Below the pieces are notes generated by a model, which ran no database searches, was not told the origin of the DNA, and was given only the letters and a program-made list of their open reading frames with translations. From assembly GCA_964106915.2 (NCBI GenBank), contig OZ066921.1: DNA of 64,000 bases; one strand, written 5' to 3'. The stretch is from Podarcis gaigeae. Lineage: Eukaryota. Shown here one piece after another: positions 12,201-22,411 of this stretch. Position numbers and translations under genes: made by a program. Position 1 is the first letter of the stretch. Every line of letters begins with the position of its first letter.

Positions 12201-15200
12201 GCACCCTGATGCAGATCCTTCACAAGCTGGAGCAAGCTCTTCAGGAACTGGGGGGCAGCAGTGATGCCATCACCATGGAGACACCTCTCATCAGCATCTA
12301 TACACACAGGTAAGCTACCAAGCTTGCAGCCACTGGGTAACGGGGAAGGTAGGAAGCTTGACTGGTCTGGGAAGGGATGGGAGAAAGATCTTGGCAGGAA
12401 GTGTCCAGGGGAAAAGGCCTTGAGGTAGCCATCTGCCCTTCCCTCATCATGGCAGCTGGCTCACATTTGCCTGGCTGTCCTGCAGATTGGCAACTCTCCT
12501 GAGGCACCCTGATCCCAGGCACCATCTGCTGTGCCCTGGCTCTAACCCTAACTCTCTTTGTCTCCCTGGCTCAGGGTGAACTCTTCCAGGCTGGGCAATA
12601 TGGCGTTCTCCTTCCCTGGCAACCCATGGGCAGCCAGAGTCATTTTGCCAGAGCAGTCTGCGCTGGGCGCCGTCATGCCACAGAATATCCCAGTGGATGT
12701 GCAGGTCAGAGGGAGCAGGAGTGTGTGGCTGGCCCTCTCCTTTGGACTGGGCACAGGGGCCTTCCCTTTCCATGAAACGCAAACTCTCCTCTGCCATCTG
12801 CTGCTACCCCAGGAGGAGAAGGAAGGCAGAGAGCACCCAGGCAACGAGTCACTTGCTGTGCTGTGGAATGCACTGGGGCCCAGCACTCAGAAGTGACTTG
12901 GCTCCTTCAGATCAGCCTGATGACACACCCAGAGGCATCTTCCCTCCCTCCCTCTTCTGGAGCCTCATGCGTCTGGGTTGGACTCCAAACATTTCATGAC
13001 ACCCCCCTTGCCAACACCCCTGCAACCAAGGCCCCCTGACTTGGCCCTACTCAATCTACCTACCCAGTGATTCCAACAGTAAGCAGCCATGTTTCCAAAA
13101 ATGGGGAGCAGAGCGTGAGGGGGGGGGCGCCCAGCCATCCTGCCGAGTGTGGCCATGTGGCCGAGCAGGCATGGCTGGTGGGTCAGGCCCCCTCAGCAGT
13201 GGCGCTGCCCTTTCTTCTTCTCTCCCTCTCTCTTTAGATGGTGAGCTTCCTGGGCAGCCCCTTTCCCCCAAGCTCTGGGGAAGGGGTCACAGGAGCTGTA
13301 GCTGAACTGAACCTCCTTTCTGAGGGCAGCCAGATCAGCGTTAGCAACCTGAGCACCCCTGTCCAGGTATGTCCTGCCTAGAGACTTTGGGCTGAGTGGA
13401 GCCTTCCTCCCTGTAAGGGGGTGGGCTATTGAGCATCTCCAGAGGGCAAGGACAGCCCTCCAGGATCATTTCTCATGGCAGGATCTCATCGTGTGGAGAT
13501 CAGCTGGATCAGCCACCAGGTAGGCCAGCCGCTTAGCCTGGGAGAGCCTACAGTACAGGGTCTGGTCTCTCTGTCATCATCCTTCCCTCTCTCCCGCCGC
13601 AGCTCACCTCCATCAGTGAGGCTGCCTCTGCTCCGGGTGAGAGCCTGAGGCAGCTGTTCATCTCACTGTGGTGGTGCAGTAGCAGCCAGTGACATCCTGC
13701 TCTCTTTTCCCATCCCAGATTTTCCTGCCCCGGGTTGGGCCTACAGCCCCTGCCGAGCCAGCTGCCTTCCTCTCTCCAGGGGAGGCCCTCCTTCTGACTG
13801 CGAACGTGACATGGACAGGGGGATCCCTGATGATCCACGCTCACCTGGACCCTGTGGGGCCTCTGGAGCTCTTCCTGCAGCCAAGCGAGCAACTCCGGGA
13901 GCCCATTGAGCCCAACGTTGGCCTGGGTATAGCACGGGGACAGAAGAGCTGGCTTCTGTTTCCACTTTTGGCCTGGGGAGTGTGAGGACCTCTTCCTAAA
14001 ATGGTTTCCCTTTTGTGTTGCCCCCCCCCCCGCCGCCCCCATCTCCTGCAGATGGCTACACTTGGCTAGTGAAGGAGAAAGTTCTTCATGACCTGAGAGG
14101 AGCCATTCAGTTCCTGGTGGTGCCACTGAACCTCTCTGCCAGCCAGGGTCCTGCCACCTTACATGTCAGCACCTATGGGATCCAGTGCGTCTCCCGGCAC
14201 CTGCCTGATGCCCAGTGGCGAGAGGCAGGCTGCAAGGTGAGTCTTAGCGTTCAAGAAACAAAGGGAATCTGGGTACCTTGCGCCCCCTACTGCCAGAGGC
14301 AGGGAAGAATCAGAATAGCTGCCTCTGGTCCTTAATAACACTTCTATCCCATTTCAAGACCATACTGCCTGCTTCTTTATTTAAAGCATCTGGATCTCTG
14401 TTTTGTGAGAAATATCCAAGGTGATCTGCTGCCCAGAAGCGCCCTTAATCCCACCCTGTTTGCAGGTAGGAGAGAGCAGCAGCCTGGCGGAAGTCCACTG
14501 CCTCTGCACCCACCTCTCCTTCTTTGGCAGCAGCTTCTGGGTGGCGCCAGTCCAGCTGGATGTGGTGCGCACAGCAGAGTACTTTAGCCAGGTGAACAAG
14601 AACCCAGTTCTGGTCGCGGTCCTGGGAGTCGTCTATGCCCTCTACTTGGTGGGGGTGGCCTGGGCCCGCTGGTTGGACACACGCCCCCTGCAACAGGTAA
14701 GTTGCTGGGGGTGAGAGGGCCGGAGGTCAGGGGGGGGGCGGGTCTGGCAGCAAGCAGCACAAACTCACAGGCCCTTGGCAGCTCTTAAGTGGTGATGCTC
14801 TCAGAAGGGCAGGTCATGCAGCAACAGCCACCATTTGGAGGGTGTTATGTACTGAATTGAATAGGATCCAAACTGCAACAGTCTGATTGGTCCTAGAACA
14901 ATAGGATCCAAAAGGCAGCAGTCTGATTGGTCCTAGAACAATGCAGCAATATGATTGGTTGGCAGGAACCACCCAATCATGCTCCAGATAGAAGTGAATC
15001 CACAACCTGATTGGCTTACAGTAGAATTCCAGAATTAGCCAATAACGTGCAGCCCATTGTGTAAATAATGTATATAAAGCAGATACTTTGAGGGGACTTT
15101 CATTCATTCCTCCTCACCACTATGAGCTGAATAAAGAGCATGAAATCACTTTGCGACTCTGAGTATATTTCAGAGACTGAACTCTTGGAGGGTCTCCAGC

Positions 15201-18200
15201 GGCTCTCCCACGCCATGTGGAGAACAAAGGACTCTGGTCTCCTCACCCTCCACCCCTAAAGGGTGTGGCTGGCTAGGGGCGGGGAAGGCTTCTTATTTTC
15301 TACAAATGGTCATGACTGCATTTTGCTCTCTATAAACATACAGCGAGTGAGATGCAGCTAACTCTGTTCCATCTAACGATTCCATGTGGATTTATGGTTT
15401 GCACATCTCTTCGCCAGCAAAAGAGATCCCCTTATTCTGGTCTTCACTGGGGCCAAGTGGGAAGGACAACTGTATGTATGGGGCTTCAGCGCTCTCTGCT
15501 CTCCTGCGCTGCTCCATGGCAGAGCATGACCCTAGAAACGCCACCCCTCACACCCCTCTCCCTCTCCCAGGCAGGGCCAGTCCTCCTGTCCGATGATGAT
15601 CCCTGTGCCCAGTATGGCTACCTTCTCCAGATCTCCCTGCATGGGCAGCAGAAGGCCCCCGGAGGCAGCCCCTGTGTGAGTGGTCTGCCCTGAGTGATGG
15701 AGGGGGTGGGGTGCCTGGTCTTTGCCCCAGAGCTCACCCAGCCCTTTCATCTCCAGCAGGTCTGCATCTGCCTGCAGGGATCGTCTGGTGTCAGCAAGCC
15801 TCGGCGCCTGCCCCTGGATGCCAGCCTCTTCCTCCTACGGGAGCCATACCCACTGGGAGAGCTCCAGAGCGTTTGGTTGTGGCAGGAGCCCCACTCCGCC
15901 CCACAGCTGCCCTGGTCAGTCTGCCCAGAAGTAGGGTGGGCGGGTGACATCCCACTTGGAGACATTGTGCTGGCATGCGGGCACTGTCCACCTCCCATGG
16001 CTTGGCTCTGGGTGCCAGCCAGCCTCTGCTGGACATGCCACAATTCCCCCTCTCTCTGAATGGGGCAGAGGTGGTTATTGTGTCAGGGTGGCCATCCTCA
16101 GGCACCCTGAAGAGGTGGGGCTGGGGGCGGGTCAGCAGCACACCTGGCACCCGTCCAGCAGGGAAGCCTCCTGCCTCTGCCTGACAGGACCTTATTCTAA
16201 GTGGGGCACTAAGAGCACCAGCCTCCTGCCTGGCACTCATTACCCATCCCCTTCCCTCAGGCATATCGCCTACATCACAGTGCGAGACCTACAGCAAAGT
16301 AGGAGGTTCCATTTTTGTTGCCAGCCGTGGCACGTCCCAGCAGCAGGGGCCCCACACAGCACTGCCCAGCATTTCCTAGCAGCTCCACAGCACCAGCCAA
16401 CAGCATTCTGGTAGGCTTACCAAGAGACGGGGGAGTCTGTTTGGGTGTCCTCAGCCCCCACCTGCCCACTGTGCATGAACTTAGCAGGGATCTCCGAACC
16501 GCCTCCTCCCAGCCAGAGCTAGAGACTCCAGCTGTCTTCCTCCTCTGGCTCTCCCATAGCCTGGCCCACCCACCCATCTTCCGCTCTCTCTGCAGGCCCA
16601 TCTTCCGGCAAAGGACCCTGAACGGTCTTCGGGAGGAGCACACAGTGCTGACAGTGCTGCTGACCCGGACAGGCCACGGACGGCCCGTCACGCGGGTCCA
16701 GGGCCTCTCCTGCGGCTTCTGCCTCCTCCTCTGCTCTGCGCTTGTCAGCCTCATGTTCTGGGAGGTGCCCCACGAGTCACCCGAGCTCCTGAGTGTTGGT
16801 AAGGGTTGTGCCACATGGGATATCTCCCAAGGGCCACTGGCATGGAAAAGGGAGCTGTGCAACTCCTCTGCTCCAACTCCTGCCAGTGGAGGAAAGTCCC
16901 TCCTGCGGCTGCCACAACTGGAGGGACAAACACAGTCATACCCTTTGGGCCAGCAGGAGGGAGGTTCATGCATTGTATTAGGACTTCGGAAGAGCCTGGG
17001 TGCAGCTGGATCAGGCCAACTGTGGTGGGATCTAGCCTAGCATCATGCTTCTCACACAATGGCCACCCGATGCCTCCTGGGAAGCCCACAAGCAAGGCTC
17101 CTCTCCTACATTTGATCCCCTACCCCCTGAATCCGGGGGTATCCTGCCTCTGATTGTGCAGGTAGCAGTTGGTGCCTCCTTCCAGCGTCCATGGGGCACA
17201 AAGAGTGGCGACTGGTAGGTCCACTTGTAGGCACTTTCCCCCCCTGTTGATACACAGGCAGCTGCTTCTCCTTCTCCTGGAAGGACATCATGATCAGTGT
17301 GGAGAGTGCCTTGATTACCTTCCCCGTCAACTTGCTCCTTGTATTCATCTTCCGCCACGCTGAACCACGCAAGAGCCATGCAAAGCCTGGCCTGGCAACG
17401 GCTGTGCCAAGTGCCCCTGCCAGCCCAACAACCCTGGACACTGTGCATGAGGTAGGGACAAGAGCTCTCCAGGACCCAGGACATTTTCCCCATTGTGCCT
17501 CCCCTTGGAATAAGGCCACGGCTGAGCTGGCAGTGGAGAAGAACCCCCACCCGATCCCCGAAGCCCCACGTCCCCCAGGATCCTTCTTGCACCAGTGAAC
17601 TTGGTCCCAGGGAGACGTTTTTGCATTTGCAGATACAGCAAGCACTGGCTTGCCAGAGAGTTTTCTCTGTGGCAGTTATGGGATGGCTTTTAATAAGTAG
17701 GAGAGGATATGTTAATGGTAATTTATCCCTCCAGGTGCCCACATTTGTGGGTTGAACATACAAAGAGATCAGCTTATCGCTTCGTTTAAAACACAGGGCT
17801 GAGCAGAGTTCAAAGTCTCATCCTCAGCAGAAAAATAGAAAGCATAGGAAAAGGCTGTGAAGCATTCATTAAATTCAGTCCAGCAACAAAGCAAGCTGGT
17901 TGCCCCTTAACAAAGAACCAGACACAGACTGAGAAGTAAGTTTAAAATATGTTTACTTACTCATAGTCATGCAATTGTTCTCAGCAGCAACAGCAGTAAA
18001 ATAAATGCAGGCAAAATACTTATATTTACAGTATGAACAGCTTGAGGCATGTGGCCAATGCTGAAGCGATGGGATATATGTCTGTTCCATCACTGGCTGA
18101 AGAGAAAAGAGAGAGGGAAGGAACAGGAAATACTTTGATTCTTCATTTCCAAGAGAGGAGGGGAAATGACCTCACACAGAACCATCTCTACCAATTACAT

Positions 18201-20053
18201 TTCTATGATTCGAGTCTCTCTATCAATAATGTGACCCTATGGTCTTAACCCCTTCACATGCTAACTCACAAAAATATGCATTGTTAGATTTGGCTGCAAA
18301 TCTCCCACAGCACTTCTCCCATCTGCTACATCTTCTTGTGCCCAGCTTTGCCCACCTTACCCTCAGCCTGTTGGGTGCATTTGTGCCCCAGTCGCCTGCC
18401 CGTCTACCCGTGCTTGTCTTTCCCTCCCTAGAGCCTGCGTGGGGCAGTGGAGACGCTGAGCAAAGCCAGCAAGCAGAGCCAACAGCTGCTACATCCCGAC
18501 ATGGACCTTGAGGAGCTTCTGCAGTGGCTGGCTCGTTTTATCCACCCTGATCCTGGGGAGGAAGAGGAGGCAGCAGGTGAGAGCCCAGCCATGCCTGCCT
18601 GCCTGCCTTGGGCAGCCCTGCTAGACCCCCAGAGGATGGTGACGGCTGCGGCTTCTGCTTGCAGGGAGGGAGCCCAAGATCTCCAGTGTGGCACCCAGCC
18701 CTGATGCGCTGCACCAGACCTACTGCAACCGCTACCTCCTCCTGAAGCTGCGGCACATCTCCCGTCTCCTGGGGGAGCTGGAACCAGGAGTCCCGACAGC
18801 CAAGCACCCTCCGGCTCTGCAGCAGCGTGTGGAGGAGATGGCCAGACGTCTTGAGCTAGCAAGCCCCATCCGGTCTCGCTCCATGTAGGTAGCTCAGACA
18901 GGCTCTGTGAGCAGGCAGGGAAGCCTACCTTGCAGAGCCTCTTCCTCATGCCTTCCTCTTGTTCCTCCACAGCCGAAGGTGGCACTTGCCCTGGTGGGGC
19001 GCCTGGGTGGGGTGGGCCCTGCTGGTCTCCCTCAGCGCAGTGGCTACCTTCTTCTCCTTGCTCTATGGCTTCCACTATGGCAAGGAGAGCACCGAACGCT
19101 GGCTCATCTCCACTGCCATCTCCATGGGCCAGGCCCTCTTCGTCCTGCAGCCCCTCAAGGTACTTCCCAGCCAGGCTGAGCAAACCCAGCATTCCAGGGG
19201 GGCCTTCTCACGGGAGGTCGGGTTGCCAGACCTCTAAGTCTGATCTAAAGTCTTCAGGTTTGCCTAGTACCCTCCAGGTGGCAGGTGAAGGGCTGAATCG
19301 CTAGATGGGTGAGAGTTCCAGTGGTGTGTGTGTGTGTACACAGAAGACCGTGTATAGAGGGTGCACACTTTGGACCAGCAGGAGCTGGATGCAAATTATA
19401 GCATAGACACGCTGGAGGACTACCTCCACTCTTCTCCTAATTAACCTCTGTCTCTAGGACCCTTGTGACTATACCAGGGTCTGTGCCCCTGACACCACCA
19501 GGGGCAGCCCCTAGGTCTCAGGTTTGGGCCCTGAAATCTCAGGGTCTGTGATACTCCTCATCTGGCAACCCGTAGGGGAAGGGACATCTCAGCAGCAGCA
19601 GAAATCATGGTGCACATACTTCTTCCTCATCTCATGTATGTGTCTGCCACCTGCCTGGCTGGGACAGGTGTCTGGCATTGGAGCACTGCAAACACCCACT
19701 GCATCTCCTCTCTTCCTCCCATGAATTTCAAGGGGGTGGGGGAGAATTTAACCAAAGCACCCTCACACATACACCAGTTTGTTGTGGTGTTTTGGCACAA
19801 AGTGAGGGGCTTGGCTCATCTGGAGAAAGGGAAGCCTAAAGATGCTCCCTCTGTTTTATGGATGGGGGGAGATGCTCCCTCTGTTTTATGGATGGGGGGA
19901 GATGCTCCCTCTGTTTTATGGATGCGGATCCTGCCCATCCTTCTTCTTCCATGAAACCCAATGCAGGTGATAAGCTTTGCCATTTTCTGTGCCCTGATAC
20001 TGAAGAAAGCAGAGGATGAAGATGAGGCAGCCCTGGACCTGGAAGAGCGGTAA
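9275..20053 (+). CDS. Truncated polycystin-1-like protein (PKD1L2/PKD1L3-family paralog): SP, C-type lectin, GAIN/GPS, TM1, degenerate PLAT, TM2-5; no channel domain; ~1102 aa
   Basis: 22 GT-AG exons forming one 3309-nt ORF: 9275-9584, 9961-10089, 10213-10298, 10598-10670, 11308-11363, 11583-11642, 11916-12053, 12182-12309, 12575-12704, 13238-13366, 13719-13926, 14052-14236, 14466-14696, 15571-15675, 15760-15914, 16261-16410, 16596-16798, 17258-17451, 18432-18576, 18665-18884, 18973-19159, 19967-20053. Motifs: MALRPQAAPGLALLLWALC signal peptide; CYQL..AFEEAQAAC..WGGHLA and C..HPFICEF lectin; WREAGCKV..HCLCTHLSFF GPS; TRVQGLSC; LPWW..LYG..QPLKV; ends LILKKAEDEDEAALDLEER*. The small exons 3-6 are the least certain. 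Confidence 0.85.
14843..15172 (+). mobile_element. Solo LTR in an intron of the truncated PKD1-like gene
   Basis: TG...CA ends (TGTTAT...ATTTCA), repeated CTGATTGG (CCAAT) boxes, TATATAAA at ~15071, AATAAA at ~15130; TSD not clean. Confidence 0.6.
19841..19924. repeat. 30-bp tandem repeat, ~2.8 copies
   Basis: GATGCTCCCTCTGTTTTATGGATGGGGGGA repeated just upstream of the last exon of the truncated gene. Confidence 0.9.
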
Positions 20054-22351
20054 AGGGAGGAAGGAGGCTTGCAGAAGTGGAAAGGCAGGATGAATTGAAG
20101 GAGGGAAGGGGAAAGGGGCCTCTCCAGAGAGGGTGGGGACCTGGACTGCCTCCAAGTAGAGAAGGGCAAAGGTGGCACTGAGAATGTCCCGCACCAACTG
20201 CAGAAAACAAACTCAAGTTCAAAAAATTCCTTTCAAGACAGGGGCCAGGCAAGAGGAAGGGTTTTCAGTACTACGTCTGTTCCCTCTTCCTCCTCCCGTA
20301 AGGGAAGGTTATGCACACACAGAGAAGAATCACGCCTCTCCACTTTGGATCGGCATGACTAGGAGCCCACCTGGACCATTCCTCTGCTGCTTTGGGTGGC
20401 CCGGCAAGGCATGCAGGCTTGGTGGAGGAATCCAGTTGCTGGTGTGGGCACCTCTGGTTGCCAAGAGCAGGTAGCCCAGGGCCTGCTCTGGGAGAGGCAG
20501 AGGATGCAGAGAGGCTACACTAGGCATCTCCTGGGATTGCTAAACAGGAAGGAAACACATTGAACTGGAGCCCCTGCAAGGGCAGGACTGGGACTGTCCC
20601 CTGTGGAAGGGGAGAAGACTAAAAGGTGGTGACTGGCATGTGCACAGTGGGGGTGGAGAGGAGTCACCACCCAGTGGCAGAGCAGCTGCTTTGCAGGCAG
20701 AAGGCCCCCTGCCTTCCTAACTCTTGACACTCCCCGTTAAAAAGATCTCGAGTAGTCTCTTTGCTCGTGGCCTTGAAACGCCACTGCCAGTCAGACTAGA
20801 GCAGACATATTAGGTTACCAGTAATTTAACCATCCTAAGGGAGACTGCAGCTCCAGGACTGGGGCCAAGGGAGCAGAAAATATGCTGGGAAGCAGTCCTA
20901 GGGCCCCATCCTGACCCATGTCTTCGACCTCTGTGATTGCAGGCTGTGCTCTTTCCAGTGATGGGAGGACAACTTTCTGCGAGGCCACCTTGGCTTTTGC
21001 CATGCCATGTGCCCAAGACCTCCAATCAGCCTCTCCAACATGATGTCACCCACACCTGTACAAAGGCCAGGACCATCTCTCTGGAGGAACGGGAGGGCAC
21101 AGCATGGGAGGGGGACAGCGAAGTCCCATTCTGTAACCTGCCAATGGAGCCAACCCTGAACTCACTGAGTGTTGAAAGAGTTGGGATGCAACTCAGCTTG
21201 CTGAGGGTTTGCATGAGGTTAAATTGGATAGAGAAGGGAACCTCCAAGATTGCCTAACTGCCCTTTGATCTCTGTGATGACCTTTCCTTTACTATTAGAC
21301 TGATATTCTTAGGGTTCCTGACAGTGACCAAACTTCCTGCTTCCCCCTCTTCCTTCTGAAGCTGAAGGAGAGAGGACATCAATGGATGTATCTCTGCCGA
21401 GAGTAAAGAGCAAGCATAACTCCCTTGCAGCTTTAAGATTAATTAGCTAAAACTAGTAACTCTTTTCTATCCAAGTATATATTTCTTATAATAAAGCTTT
21501 ATTATATTCCAATTTTAAGTACTCTGTGTGTGATTGCAATGAAGACAAGCCTCCTCTCCCCAGTAAGAGGTCTATGTGAGGTCAGCTTCCAAGCTGTGTG
21601 CTATCTTGCAAAGTGATTCAACACTAGGCATGGCCCACACCGAATAAATGGCAGGCTACAGGTCAGTGGTGTCCGTGGAAGCTCTCTTTCACTCTCTGAG
21701 GACATCATAATTGGTTGTTCAGGGCCCCAGGCACAGATCCAGACACCCATTCCCAATTCAAGCCCCCTGGTGGCCCCCTGGCAGTGACATGCAGTAAATT
21801 GTAAAACCTCATGTGGCTGGCTGGAGACTCGCCAGCACTTGTCCAGAAGTATCATAGAACTGTAGTTTTGGAAGGGACCGTGAGGGTCATCTACTCCTAC
21901 CTCCTGAGGAATCCCACTAGCACAACCTCCCTGGAAGGAGGGTCCCTTCGCCTCCGCTTAGAAACCTCTAATGAAGGGGAGTCTGCCACCTTCCTGTCTG
22001 CCCCATTCCCAAACCCCTTGAAATCCCATTTCTTGTCACCCAAACTGCTTGGTTATCATACTGTTCTCTGGAGCAAGAAGAATGGGATGTGCCTCCTGGG
22101 CTCTCAACATTTGCCTGCCAACGTGCCTTTTATCCAGCAGACAATGCAGTTGCTCCTCCTTTCTTCCCCGTCGGGGTGCAGACAATGGCATCCTCTTCTT
22201 TGCAAACAAGAGCGCCCATCTCCAGCTGGAGCGCCAGGTGCTGCACCTGTTCAGCCTCTGGGTGTGGCGCTGCTCTGCTCCTCTTTTCAGCAGCTCCCCC
22301 ACCTGCTTTCTCAGTTCGTGGGTTGAGCGTGCACGGTGTGTGTGTGTGGGG

Positions 22352-22372
22352 GGGGCGGTTTAGACTATTAAA
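22352..22372 (+). promoter_or_regulatory. Candidate PKD1L3 core promoter (GC box plus TATA-like element)
   Basis: GGGGCGG at 22352-22358 and TATTAAA at 22366-22372, ~40 nt upstream of ATG 22412. Confidence 0.4.
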
Positions 22373-22411
22373 GCGTGGCCCCGGGCCAGCTTGCTCCAAA
22401 GAGGGAGCGGC

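Noticed and set aside
19841-19924. CRISPR-like array
   Set aside because: Direct tandem repeats with no spacers, in a vertebrate intron.
9275-20053. Calling the upstream PKD1-like gene a pseudogene
   Set aside because: No frameshift or internal stop across 22 exons and all splice sites are canonical despite deep divergence; not fully excluded without expression data.
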